Source: Octopus sinensis (lineage: Eukaryota). From it: 64,000 bases of DNA. The notes under the pieces are model-generated. The model did no database searches. It saw nothing but the letters and a program-made list of their open reading frames with translations, and had not been told where the DNA came from. Positions 11,637-25,700 of this stretch are shown here, one piece after another. The translations under genes were made by a program, and so were the position numbers. The stretch covers positions 73,036,001 to 73,100,000 of the forward strand of contig NC_043006.1 of the NCBI RefSeq assembly GCF_006345805.1. Direction: 5' to 3'. Numbering within the stretch: position 1 is the first letter of the stretch; every line of letters starts with the position of its first letter.

Positions 11637-13987
11637 AGTGTGTGTATGTGTAGGGTATTCTGGAATAGTGTCTTTTAGCTTATAGCTGGTTACATTGGGT
11701 TCTTGTTTTATCATTCTGGTTGGGATTTGCATGTAAAGGGATGTAACCAAGTACCCTTAAGTATTTGTCTGATGATCATCTGATTCTCCTTTAATGCTTA
11801 TAATTGAGAGTTTAAGAAGTTAGCTTTACAACCACATGGTTTCAGGCTGGGTATCACTACAATGGTACCTTGGGCAAGTGTGTTTCTTCTGCTATAGCTC
11901 CAGGATGACCAAATGCCTTGTGACTGGATTTGGTAGATGTAAACTGCAGGAAGCATGTTATGAGTATACAAATGCATGTATGTGTGTGTGTGTGCATGCC
12001 TAAGTGCTGATAATCAATGCTTGACATTGGTTGAGCAGAGAAGTGGCATTCTTTATGACCGGTCGATTTGCACATTTGAAGACAACTGGCATAAAAAAAA
12101 AATGCAAAAACCCAACAAATTACTTGAAAAACTGATAAGGGAGACACTCAGTCATAAAATCCTGCCTCAAATAATTTCTCATTCAAACTCATGCCAGTAT
12201 AGAAGCATATATTAAATAGATGAACCTAAATTAGTGGGGGAGGGGAGAAGCATCTCTGACCTTCTTTAGGGCCTTGAGAATGTATGAGATATTTTGATAG
12301 TCATTTTGGCCCTGCCTATTTGGTATTGCTGATTTGATAGCGAATTATTTGACATTAGACATTTTAACATTTCTCTTGTCCTACCCTAGTCTCTCTGTTT
12401 GTGCGTGAGCATATTTCTTATGTGTATGGGAACTTTAGCCTCCCAACTGGCACAAAACCACTTCCCTATTGAACTGTCTTTGTCTTGCTACCTACTTGGT
12501 GACGCCACAGATGCTGGTGCCACATAAAAAGCACTTAATGCACCCTATAAAATGGTTGGTGTTAAGAAGGGCATCTAACTGTAGAAACTGCCAAAGCAGA
12601 CAATGGAGCCTGGTGCAGTCATCTGGTTTCCATCTCCTATCACACTGTCCAACCCACACCATTACGGAAAGCAGATGATAAATGAAGAATGAAGATGTTG
12701 ATGAGGTGAGGGAAAGTGTTGCTGTCAATCATGTTTAATAAATAAATTGTAATGTCCCTTTCTCCTCTGTCTGTATGTGTATATTTCCGCATGTGTGTGA
12801 GCCTCCAGTGCTAAAAACTACTCTCGCCAAAACATGACCAATGTCCAATCAGTTGTGCCAAATCTCTAGTGTCCAAACAGCTGTGTCCAGTTGTCTCATT
12901 TTGTGATAGGAGGGTCTTACCCTTAAACCAGAGATCTGGCTTCAATCTGTTGCAAGCATTCAACAGATTGAAGTCTGCTAAAGGTACCTAAAAGCCAGGT
13001 AGTATTGTTAAACACCAGGTGATAAATTAAGCCTCTCACACAAGAATAGGAACAGTTGTTAATAGTTCTTGAGAAACTTCAAATAATTTTGATCAAAATG
13101 AAAGCTTGGAACTGGCTCTAAAGGATTATATACAACAGAACAGTATTAATTGGGTGCAGGTAAACAAACTTATGATTTAATTACAGAAGGATCTCAGTTA
13201 TTTTAGTAAGATGGTCACTAACAGAAATTAGCTTTGAATTTTAATTATTGTTGCTGAAAATATTTAGGAGACACAAACAAAAAACAAAAACAAAACCTAG
13301 CAATAGACAATGTTCTTTTTTTGTCTTTTGTAAATCAAAAGGTGTATGTGTGAGTAAGCAATAACAGGATTGGTATACTGTAAGTGAACCGGATATTAGT
13401 TTTTTACTAGATATATGTTTAGGAATTCTAATATCACACACACACATGAACACATTTGAAAGCAAGGACAACCATATTGACCAGAAAGGGGAACGAGAGT
13501 AGTTGACGTTAAATGCAGAGTATCAAATTATAACCAGCAAATTCAAATTTCATAACTTGTACTGTCACATGAAATTTAAACAGAACAAGAATGTTTGTAT
13601 TCATAAACTGGAATGAAGGACTACTCAATGTCCTGAGTACAATATGTGTGTGTGTGTGTGTGTGGATACCTATTTATGCACACACACACATATCTATACA
13701 CATATAAGTGTAAATATATGCATGTGTACACACACACATCACAGGCTTCTTTCAGTTTCCGAACAACCGAATTAGCTCATAAGCTTCTGGTTGGCCCAAG
13801 GTGCCATGCAGAAGGATTGAACCCGAAAACATGTGGTTGGGAACTAAACTTCTTACCACAAGCTCCATGTCTGTGCTCCCACTGCATGGTACTTTAAGCA
13901 TCTTCAGCTCTAGCCACAAGCCAACCAAAGTCATGTGAGTGAATTTGGTAGACAGAAACAGAAAGTCTGTTGTACATATGTATATTA

Positions 13988-14039
<52 letters not shown>

Positions 14040-14042
14040 TAT

Positions 14043-14391
14043 GCACAGGAGTGGGTGTGGTAAGTAGCTTGCTTACCAACCATATAATTCTGGGTTCAGT
14101 ACTACTGTGTGGCACCTTGGGCAAGTGTCTTCTACAATAGCCTCAGGCCGACCAAAGCCTAGTGAGTGGGCTTGGTAGACAGAAACTGAAAGAAGCCCAT
14201 CGTATATATATATATATACATATATATGTGTGTGTGTGGTGTTTTTACGTCCCCTGTAACTTAGCAGTTCGGCAAAAGAGACCAATAGAATAAGTACTAG
14301 GCTTACAAAGCATAAGTCCTGGAGTCGATGTGTTTGACTAAAGGCTGTGCTCCAGCATGGGCACAGTCAAATGACTGAAACAAGTAAAAGA
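14043..14391 (+). mobile_element. Bipartite tRNA-derived SINE
   Basis: Same family consensus, head through aagtaaaag tail. Confidence 0.8.
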
Positions 14392-14655
14392 ATATATATG
14401 TATGTATGTATGTATGTATGCTAGTGTCACATATAAAGCACCTGCACTGGTGCTGGTGCAATGTAAAAAAGCACCCAGTACACTCTATAAAGTGGTTGGT
14501 GTTAGGAAGGGTATCCAACCATAGAAACCATGCCAAAACTGACAAATGGAGCCTGGTGCAGCTCTTTGGCATGCCAGCTCCTGTCAAACCTTCCAACCAT
14601 GCCAGTATGAAAAACAGACATTAAATGATGATAATGATGATATATGTGTGTATAT

Positions 14656-14860
14656 ATGAGGGGGTGCTGAAAAGTTCCTGGCTTTGAGTAAAAGAAAATA
14701 GAGGAGGATCAATTAATTATTCCCCTCTCAGATTCAAACGTTTATTGCAGCAGTTCTTCAGTTTTTCTAAGCCCTTTAAAAGAACTCAGAAAGTTGGGCC
14801 TCCAGCCAGGTTGTTTGAGATACCCTTCAAGCCAGGATCTTTTCAGCCCCACCCCCACTC
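14656..14860. mobile_element. mariner-derived MITE
   Basis: ~27-bp imperfect TIR gagggggtgctgaaaagttcctggctt / aagccaggatcttttcagccccaccc in a TA context. Confidence 0.7.
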
Positions 14861-14867
14861 TCCATAT

Positions 14868-15282
14868 CTCTTTTACTCTTTTACTTGTTTCAGTCATTTG
14901 ACTGCGGCCATGCTGGAGCACCGCCTTTAATCGAGCAACTCGACCCCGGGACTTATTCTTTTGTAAGCCTAGTACTTATTCTATCGGTCTCTTTTGCCGA
15001 ACCACTAAGTGACGGGGACGTAAACACACCAGCATCAGTTGTCAAGCAATGCTAGGGGGACAAACACAGACATACACACACACACCACACACACACACAT
15101 ATATATATATACATATATACGACAGGCTTCTTTCAGTTTCCGTCTACCAAATCCACTCACAAGGGATTGGTCGGCCCGGGGCTATAGCAGAAGACACTTG
15201 CCCAAGATGCCATGCAGTGGGACTGAACCTGGAACCATGTGGTTGGTAAGCAAGCTACTTACTACACAGCCACTCCTGCGCC
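14868..15282 (-). mobile_element. Bipartite tRNA-derived SINE, young full-length copy
   Basis: Complete head, microsatellite and 3' domain with CpGs largely intact. Confidence 0.85.
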
Positions 15283-16740
15283 TATATATATTTATATATA
15301 TTTGTTAATCTTTTTTGTCTATATTCCATATTGGTATGGTTTGGCTAAATGTGTTATTTGAAACATTGTTTTACAGCTGGATGCAATTCCTTTACAAGGC
15401 TTTGATGGCGCAAACTATTCAGAATATCTGTTAACAGGACAAGATGACAAAAATCACCATCTGCTGCACTTTTGTATAAGTGAGTGCAGATGTAAACAAA
15501 CACACACACTTACACACGTACTTATGTATGTATTGATATATGTATAAAATGTTTTATATGCATACATTTCACTTTCTGGCTACCAAAGGGTTTGCTTTGA
15601 CTGGGGCTATAGTTGAAGACTCTTGCCCAAGGTGCTCAGTAGTGAGACAGCTCCTGAAACCACATGGTTGGGAAGTGACTGTCTCAACAACACAACTGCT
15701 GCTGCTACATACATACATGTGAATCATCATCGTTTAATGTCTGTCTTCTATGGAGGCATTGGCTTGACGGTTAGGGTTTGACAAGAGCTGGTAAACCACA
15801 GGACTGCACCAAGCTCCACTGTCTGCTTTGTCATGCTTTTTGAAGTTGAATGTCCTTAACACCACACACACACACACACACACACATGCACGTGTGTGTG
15901 TGTGTATGATGTTAAGGACATTCACACACAAACACATGTGTGTGTGTTTGATAATGCAAACTGGAAAACAGAGCTCAAAACATAAGGATATACTAAATTT
16001 TTTTTTATTAATTATTGGCAGAAGTTACAGAATAACTCAAGGGTGAAGAGTTTTCAGTGTTGGCACTTGAGTCACTCAGCAGATTCTGCTGACTATTAAT
16101 AAAAAAGACATGTGTGTGTGTGTTGGTGCACAAAGGAAAGAGAATAGCACTCAACACATAGTGTGGGCGTTGAATGTATTTATTAACACGTTGACTCAGC
16201 AACAACATAGATCAAAATATAGTTTATTGGAATGTCTGTCTCTCTGGACACACACACACATGTGCTCATACATGCATACACACATATGTATCTTATAACT
16301 AACTGTGTAAATAAAGTAAAGTAAAATATTTAAATATATATCTGGCTACTGAAGATGCAATTTTTGTCAATAAAACTGTGAACAATACAAAGAAGAGCAA
16401 GACCAATTGTGGTAAAAAAAAAAAAATAAAAAAAGGTGTACAAATTACAGGTTAATAATTTTAGTTGGTCAAATGTGGTGAGCTAGCAAAATCGGTGGTA
16501 CACTGGGCAAAATGCTTAGCACCATTTATTCCATCTTTATGGTCTGAGTTCAAATTCTACTGAACTTGACCTTGTCTTTCATTCTGGGTGGGGTGGGGAA
16601 GATTAGAAAAAGTACCAGTAATGTACTGGGATTGATGTTATTGACTTAACCCTTAAATGAAATTGCTGGCCTTGTACCAAAATTTGAAACAATATTTTTA
16701 GTTGGTCTTTCCTACATTAAAAATATCAACTGAATTAACA

Positions 16741-16775
<35 letters not shown>

Positions 16776-16833
16776 GCACATGGGACAAAATTCTTAGACA
16801 CATTTCTTCCAGCTCTTTAAGCTAGAAATTTAG

Positions 16834-17051
16834 CCCTTTCATTCCCAACCCAGCTGAAACTGGCTCACTCTGAGTACAAACGTCTTGTTTTCATAAGTTT
16901 TGAATTAAAATCTTCCACCAAACCTTAGTCACAATTAATGTTCCTAAAACTAGCTGAATGATAACTAAGTTATTTCACTAAATTCTTTGTTATATTTAAA
17001 GTAATTGAAAGAAAAACAGAGCATCTCAAAATAAATACAGTAACGAAAGGG
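16834..17051. mobile_element. piggyBac-type MITE (same family as 19447-19667)
   Basis: Colinear similarity along the full length. ttag|CCCTTTC ... GTAACGAAAGGG|TTAA. Confidence 0.75.
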
Positions 17052-19446
17052 TTAAAATTCCACCAAGGTCTGCAATGTTTTTCATTCTTTCAGAGTCAGT
17101 TAGTTGGGCAAATAGGGTCAATGTTATTGACCGACCCCTCAAAACTGCAGACCTAGAGCCAAAATTAGCAAGTTTATTTGCTTCCTTATTTCAATTTCGA
17201 CATTGCTTCCAGAGACTCATATTCTTTCTTTCTTTTTTTTTTTTAAGCCTATTTCATCATCATCATTTAAATGTTTGTTTTCCATGCTGGCATGGGCAAG
17301 ACTGTTTGACAAAAGCTAGCAAGTCAGAAGACAGCATCTAGCTCTGGTGTGTGTTTTGGCATGGTTTCTTAGACACATTTCTTCCAGCCCTTACTACTGC
17401 CAACCACTTTACAGAGTGTACTGGGTGCTCTTTACATGGCACCAGCATCAGTGAGGTCACCAAATAACTTGCAGGACAAGACCCCTCACCTTGGTGGAGT
17501 GAGTAGTACTGAGAGACAGAAAAGGTGTCTTGCATTAGAAGATAAACGTGGCTATCTCAGATGGAGAAAGAGAGGAAAGAAAGATGGTAAAGATGTGACA
17601 GGGAGGGAGCAAGGGCCAAACATCCAAGTTACAGGGAGGTGCATATAGTGAAGTCTTCCAGGGATGACCTAAAATTTGTATTTTATATATATGTTAGTTT
17701 TGTTCATCCAAATATCACCATTTATCCCTTGTGTATCCATATTATCAACTATTAATCCATATATATTGTTGTAGATGTAGAACACTGCACTTAATAACAT
17801 GCAAATCTTAAAGAACAGATAGTAATAACAGCAACACTTTTTGTTAATGAGACAAGTTCTTTTGTGCATCATTCAATATACCAACATGGGAGGTATGAAT
17901 AAAAACTGCCACAGCGCATAAAGAATTAGATATTTTTTTTTCTTTTTGAGTTTCGCAAACAACAACAACAACATTTACCACAATGATTCCCAGCTTAATG
18001 ACAGGAAGAAAAAAAAGCAAAAGAGACAAAAAAACAAAAACATTCATTAGCTTAGCAACAATAATATTTCCTCGTTTAGCAACAACAAAAAACATTCTTT
18101 TGGTTTGCAACAATATTTGCTTGAATAGCAACAGCATTTGCTTGCTTAGCAACAAAACTGCTCAATAGTAGTAACACTTGCTTAATAAAGGAACTTTTCT
18201 AAGTATTACAGTCTCTTGAATCATTATTTGCCATGTGGGAGGTGGGAGTGGGGCTGTGAGGAATGGAAAGGGAGGAGACAGGGCTCTGACTATCTGTCAC
18301 AATTAATTAAGGGTGGTTTTATTTTAAACTTGTTTAATTCTTTTCCAACAACATGGCAAAGAAAGAAGAATTACTTGGAGGCAAATTCTGTTTTATTTTC
18401 TCACAAATAAAATAAAAGTGGCAGGGGTGGAGGGGAAAGAGGTGCAACAAATTCCATTAATATGGGTAGGGAAAGGGCTTGGTATTTTACAGTTTGAGAA
18501 CCATTGCCTGGAATGATCTGGCAGAGTCTTGGACTAAGCACAACAAAATAGTGTAAAGAAACTCTTAAACTGATCTGAAAATACAGATTGTCTATTCACT
18601 CCCATTACAAACAGAATATATAATCTGGATTTTACATGGCAAACTGACTTCATAGGTTAGTTTGTACTTGAAGGTAATTGTTAAAATTATTTCACTAAAA
18701 CTTGTTATATGATAACTTTTCAGATTATAACAGATGATATGCATGTAAGGAAAACAAATGATTCCCATGATATCTCAAAAAATTCATTTGTTTTGCTCTA
18801 CAGCTGTTTCCATGACTAAGGTGAAAATACCATCAACTACATAATTAATACATAATTTGGCTGAATGTGATGATTTCATTTCATCAGGAATATTTCTTTG
18901 AATTTCATGAATATATTTTTCCAGGACATGAACATTATTTCAATACACACACACACACACACTCACAGAGGCAACATCATTTATTGTTGCCACTCTGATA
19001 AAAAGGTCAATGAGCAAGTAGAGACTAGAGTTGTGAAGTTCCTTCAGTCACACTGAAAACATGACTACCTCTCTGGTGTTAGTGTCATGCCATGCTGACC
19101 AAGAGCTAGTTGGCAAAGCAGTTTGGCATATCAACACTCCTCATTGTGCCTATGTCATTGTACCTGTGAGCTTCCACATCCATAGGTTAGAAACCACAAT
19201 TTCTTCTTGTGACTTCCGTAGTCTGCCCATGTCATTAGTACTGTTCGTTATCAGCAAATACTTTCTTAACTGGCAGTGTTCACTTGTATATATTAGAGAT
19301 CCACAATAGTCAGCAACCCAGCATCTCTAAAACACTTAGCTATGAACCAATGAAAGAACTTTTATTCCAAAGACGAGTAATTCTTTGCCTACTGGTAAAA
19401 TTTCACTGCCTTCTAATTTGAGCCTGCCTACTGACAACAGCTTTAA

Positions 19447-19667
19447 CCCTTTCGTTACCAGCCCGGCTGAAACCGGCTCTGGCTCTGTAGTACAAATGTC
19501 TTTTTCCATAAGATTTGAATTAAAATCTTCTATTAAACCTTAGCCACAATTTATGTTCCTAACACTAGCTTAATGATGACTAAATTATTTTACTACATTC
19601 TTTGTTATATTTAAAATCAATTGAAAGAAACACAGAGCATCTCAACAGAAATACAGTCACGAAAGGG
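19447..19667. mobile_element. piggyBac-type MITE
   Basis: TTAA|CCCTTTCGTTAC ... GTCACGAAAGGG|TTAA. Confidence 0.8.
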
Positions 19668-20338
19668 TTAAAAGCCAATATGACCAACCCACCTCTGATC
19701 AACCCTATGATACAAACTTCCTGTTTCAAAGCAATCAAAATTAATGCTTTCCATAAAGATTCTATGTTAATTTATGCTTTAAATACTTGTTTGATAACAA
19801 CAAAGTTATCTAACTAAATTCTTAATTGTTTTCAAAATTAACTGCAGTAACTGTAATGTCTTTCCACAGGAATATGGTAACAAAAGGGCCAAACCTTTCA
19901 TTTTTAATTTATTTTAATTCAAGCTGCATGAATCAGACATTAAAAATACCTTATTTTTCTCAGCATACATGTACTCCAAAATTTCCTAATGTACATGTTG
20001 CTGGACATAACAGCCAAATCTCCTTTAAATCACATATTACTATCTTAAAAAAAAAAAATGAAAGTATACATTGCTTAATGTAGTCCTAGATAAATAAGTT
20101 ATCTGAAAAAAAAATGCAATAAAAAAAAAACACAAAAGATACTCATAGCCAGAACATGTTTGATAATAATTGGCTTGATGGTCAGGACCAACCTGGGGCT
20201 ATACAGCTTAAGATTAACTGATGCTTTCTCATTTTAGTTGTAGTTCACCTTTCATGCAAGTAAGTAAATATTGCACATTCAACAGTTTATATGAGCAGAA
20301 AAAGAGATAAATATATAAAGTAAGAATGAGAAACTTAC

Positions 20339-21038
20339 CCGCCTCCAGTACTAATACTTGACACTGGCCAAGTTCTGTTGAGTTTTGTGTCAGGAAACGT
20401 CCAATCTGGATTGGATATAAAATGACTGCTACCAGGCAATGAATAAAGTCCTGATCGAACCTCCTGTGACTGGCTGACTGGCGGAAGGTAAACATCATTT
20501 ATGTGGTTACGTTGATCCAAAGAATTGTTTGAATGAAGCATCCGAGAATAATCCTCACGTTGCTCGTAGTTCAGAGGATTTTGGGAGCCCAACGGGCCAG
20601 CTGGCAAACTTGAGCGATGGTGGTAACCAGGATGTGGCCAAGTATTTCGTCCACCACTTCTGACACCACCACCACCACCTCCACCATTACCACCACCACC
20701 ACCACTACTACCACCACCACCACTACCACCACCACCACCTATACAACCATTGTTACTGCCACCGACTAAACTTGCCATTCCAGATAAATCCAAAGAGCCC
20801 TCAGAACGCCGATGGGCGTTGTTGCCTTTGTAAAATTTTTGGGGATCGTCCATATCAGGGGAGCTGACCAAAGAGCTAAACATAGAGTTACTCGTTCCCG
20901 TAGTGGAAGATTGATGTAAAGGAGACAGCTGTAGTTGGTTTGGTACATGCATTGTTGGTTGCTGGGACAGGTTTACGCTACCAGACAACAGATTGATAAC
21001 ACTGTCCAATTCTTCTTCTGAAGCAATCTGGCTATTAG
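20339..21038 (-). CDS. GARRE1: GARRE1-like coding exon 3 (EELDSVINLLSG motif, poly-Gly, NTWP and RTWP motifs)
   Basis: Acceptor tttctatcttttgtag|CT (phase 1). Donor GG|GTAAGT (GT 20338-20337), phase 2. SEEELDSVINLLSG resembles human TDQEMQEVIDFLSG, RNTWP resembles NNTWP, and NRTWP resembles HRTWP (recalled). Confidence 0.82.
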
Positions 21039-21879
21039 CTACAAAAGATAGAAAGAAAAATATTTATGTATAAATTTATGTACATGCCCATTCCACACTA
21101 AAGAAAAAAAATAGAAAACAACATGATATCACAATAAATCTTGGCAAGAACCTTCAGTTGATGTATTCATCAGATGAAAGGCCACGACCAGAGCTAACTT
21201 GGCTGTGTGGGTACAGGCAGGTCTGTGTGTGATTAGCAAGTTCTGCTGCAATCATATGGATCTGAGTTTGCTCTTAATATGTGGCACCTTGGGCAGGTGT
21301 CTTCCATAATAGCCCCATGGTGTAGCAGATAAAGCGTAAAATTGTATGTTAGATATGAAGTGATGAATGTGGAGGATAATGGGAAGGTTGTAAAGAAATG
21401 AGTCAAAGAAACATGGCTGGATGTGTAATGTCAATGTGCATGAAAGAAAGGGCACAAATGTACTGACAATAAAAATTAGACAGATTTATTTGCTGTATAG
21501 TACAAAAAAGAGGACTGTGATGGTATGGACATGAATGCATATGAAGAATGCCTTGTGAGTGAATTTCATATATGGAAACTGAGTGGAATCCTCTTTCTCT
21601 CTTTCTACATATGTATGTATGTATATATAATTGCATGTATATGTGTGTGTGTGCATGATGGGATGATGTACATGTGTCTTTGCATTTGTGTTTTACTGCC
21701 CCCACAACTAGTGTTGGTTTGTTTATACTCTCATAACTTAGTAGTTTGGCAAAAGAGACCAACAGAATATAAGTACCAAACTTCAAAAAGATAAGTACTG
21801 ACGTCAATTTATTCAACTAAACACTAAGATGGTGACCCAACACGGCGACAGTCCAATGACTGAAACAAGTAAAAAAAAA

Positions 21880-22720
21880 TTGGATCATCCCATAAATAAT
21901 GCGGTTTGTTCAATTGCATGAACTAAAAATCAGAGGGGGAAGGGATAAACTGCCTGCATCAACTTACTATAAAAGTAGGCAGTAATTTTACCTTGGCCTT
22001 ATTCTTAGTGCATGTTTTGAAGAGTGCAGTTCAATTTTAACAATTAATTTTTCAAAGCTATAATGGAAATAACAAAGGAGAATATTTGGCATATTTTGCT
22101 TTATGAATTTAATAAAGGCAACAACACAATGGAAAGTGCAAGGAATATTAATAATAGACAATAAGCCTAAGCCAGAGTCAACGGTGGTTCCAAAAATTCC
22201 AAGCCAGAAACTACAGCCTAGAAAGCGAGCCTTATCTTGGAAGATCTGTAGAGCAACTCTGGTGGAACAAAATCCCATTGACTGTTGAGGAACTAGCAGA
22301 GAAACTTGGATTTGGTCATTCAACCACTCATTGATACCTGCATGCCATTGGAAAAATGACCATCTTTGGTTTCAAGACGAAAAGTGTTCTATCAGGATAA
22401 TGTTCGGCCACATACAAAAAGGATGACATTCCAAAGGCCGGAACAGTATGAATGGAAAACGATGTCCCACCCACCATATTCGCCGGACATTGCCCCATCT
22501 GATTATCATTTATTCCACAGTCTTCAAAATCATTGGGACAGAAACAGTATGAATTATGTAGACGAGGCCAGAACAGTACCAGAGGAGTATTTTTCATCAT
22601 GGACAAGTGAATTTTGGAAGATAGGCCTTGCAACTCTACCAGATAGATGGAAGAGCATTGTAGAAAATGAAGGAGGGTATATTTCTGATTTTAAAAAATG
22701 CTTTGATTTTGATTTTTGAT
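21880..22720 (+). pseudogene. Internally deleted, decayed mariner transposase element
   Basis: Left TIR-like ttggatcatcccataaataatgcggttt. N-terminus MEITKENIWHILLYEFNKGNN (ATG 22063), QRWFQKFQ, LTVEELAEKLG, and C-terminal QDNVRPH and HPPYSPDIAPSDYHLF motifs. Has stops and deletions; no right TIR seen. Confidence 0.85.
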
Positions 22721-25700
22721 TTTTCCAGTTTCAGCTCATGAGCTGTGGCCATGCTGGGGCACCACCATTTGTTAATCTTAATTTTGAAAGATAAAGTAAG
22801 TATAAAAAAACCACAAAATAGGTACTGGGGCCGATTCGTTTGACTAAAAGTTCTTTAAGGTGGCACCCCAGCATGGCCAGTCTTAAACAAGTAAAAGATA
22901 ACATTTATTTCTTTATTTCCCACAGGGGTGCTAAACATGCAGGGGATAAACGAGGGCAGACATCGATCCCAGTGTGTAACTGGAACCTAATTTACCAACC
23001 CCGAAAGGATGAAAGGCAAAGTCGACCTCAGCGGAGTTTGAACTCAGAATGTAACTGCAGACGAAATACTGCTAAGCATTTCACCCGGCGTGCTAACAAT
23101 TCTGCCAGTTCATCGCCCTTTTTTGGGCAAAATCGTGTTCTCCTATATTGAAGAAAAAAGATAATGTTGACAAGTCAAAAGCAAAAAATATGCAAATTAG
23201 GCTATACATAAAAAGAAACTGGGTGCATCTTTTGCATTTGTATGAGAGAAAAACAGTTTATCTTTCTTTTTCTCTCCTTGATTCAGTCCTGAAATCTCAG
23301 TATTCTCTTCGACATTAAATCAAGATTTTTAACTTAAAAGATTAAAACCACAAGCAGATCTCATTAATCAGTTGCCTGATTATGACACATGTATTTTACA
23401 AGTGGTAAATATGTCACTGGTCTCTTAAAAAAGAATAACTTTGCAAGTAAAACAAAACTTAGTTGGAATGTTTATAAATTTTGATGGGTTATTTTGTATG
23501 TTGAGGGAAGAAGAGTTTGCTGGTGTTTCCAGGGTTGACCTTTTGTATGAGAGAGAAAATGTTTACCCTTTTTTTAAAATTTTTCCTCTCTGAAATGTCA
23601 GGATTCTTTTCTACAACTATGGTCACATTGCTTCTAAACGAACAAAGGCAACATAGAGGATACTTCAATGAGGATATTTTAGTTTTGCAGGATACAAAGC
23701 AATCTCATTAGTGTGGGTGCTAAGATAAAATGCACCGAGCAGTACACTGTCAAGTGGTTGTAGAATGAAGAGAAACAGTAAAATCAAAATGGTTCTTTAA
23801 CCAGACTGAGGGTATGACAAGGTATGACTACCTCTTTTGTGCTGGTACCATGACAAAGTTCACATTTTATGGTACCAACATTCTGTTATGTGCAGTGTTA
23901 AGAATGGCATCCACTTGTAAAAACCTAGTCAAAACAAAATGTATGAGCAAGAGATTGTCCCCTGAACAACTTAGGAGGGCAGTAACTGAATAAGAGGTGA
24001 CTTAGAGCGTGACAACTTGTCCAGCCTATGTCAGAATGGAAATCATTTGTAAAACGATGATGATGTTTAATAGGACATCATTATTATCATAGGTGCAGAC
24101 GTGGCTGTGTGGTTAAGAAGCTTGCTTTCCAATCCCCTTGTTCTGAGTTCATGACCACTGCATGGCACCATGAGAAATTATCGTCTACTACAGCTCTGGG
24201 TCAACCAAAGCAACGTGAGTGGATCTGGTAGATGGAAACTGAAAGAAGCCTACTGTATATATACATATGTGTGTGTATGAGTTCTCTGGATCATCTAGCA
24301 GGGTACTAACTCTGAATAAGAACTGTCTTAGTGCAGCAATCTGTCCATCCTATGCCAGGATGGAAATCAGTTGTAAAATGATAATGATGATGATAATGAT
24401 GCTTAATATAATATAAATTAACAGTGCTGGAGTATTTGGCGCAAACCCTCCAGCAGTATTAATTTATATAAAGATATGAACACAAGTGAACAATAAACAA
24501 TTTTGTCTTCCACATTTAAAAGCCTTAAACTTCTTTAAAGAAAAAAAAAGAACATTTTCAGATTGTCATTTGTAAAAATCTTGTGAGAGGATAGCAGACA
24601 GAAGAAAACTTTTACCAAAATAGACTCTAAAAGAGAAAAACAAACAACAAATATTTGAATCACAGAAAATCTCATTCAAACACATTGATTTTAGTTTTTT
24701 AACATAAGCTGGAACCAGATCACAGTTACAGTCAGTTCTTTGTTGCTGCTAGTAACAATTGGGGCATTTAATGGGAGTGATTATTTAAAAGCTAAAAAGT
24801 GAAATAAATATCACATGTCCTTATCAGGATTGGTTGAATTAGTGGGGGCACTAAACAAAATACCTCGTAGTTTTTAGTGAGCTTCCTTTGCGTTTTGAGT
24901 TCAAATTTCACTGAGGTCTACTTGGCAGCTGTTTTTTTTTCAGGGCCAATAAAATAAATACTAGTTGAGTGTTGTATGTCAAGTAAGTGGTTAGTTATCT
25001 GCATTGGTGAGCGAATAAATAAAACTGTAGACTATTCCTATCACCATTAGTTAGATTTCTTCACCCAAATGTCACCCACCCACTATATGGTGTTTTGTAC
25101 ATGAGAGCAAAGCATGCAATGCAAGCATAACCCTTTTGATACCAAAGTGTCTGAGCCTAATTTTGTTCTCTGATAGAAAATTCATAACTTAGAATTTAAA
25201 TTTTCCAAGTTAATTTGAGTTCCAAACACCCAAACACCCATTAAATGACGACAATGATTGCTGCCACAATGTCATTGTGAAGCCAACCTTTTAACCATGC
25301 AATTAAACTTACAAATGTTAATTTTACTAAATTCTTCATTATTTTCGTTTTTTAGTTTCAACAAAGTCAGCATATCTCCACCGAAATCTAGTAACAAAAG
25401 GATTAAGATTTTTATGAATCATCATCATCATCGTTTAACATTCGTTTTCCATGCTGGCATGGGTTGGACGGTTTGACTGAAGACTGGCAAACCAGAAGGC
25501 TGCACTAGGCTCCAATCTGATTTGGTAAGGTTTCTACAGCTGTATGCCCTTCCTAACACCAACCACTCCGAGAGTGTAGTGGGTGCTTTTTACATTCCAC
25601 TGGCACAGGAGCCGGTCAGGTGGCACTGGCAATGGACACACTCGAATGGTGCTTTGTATGTGCCACTAGCACAGGAGCCAGTGAGGCGGCACTGGCAATG

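Noticed and set aside
12820-12900. Short gtccaa..cag.tgtg repeats
   Set aside because: Too short and degenerate to assign. May be a DNA-transposon subterminal remnant.
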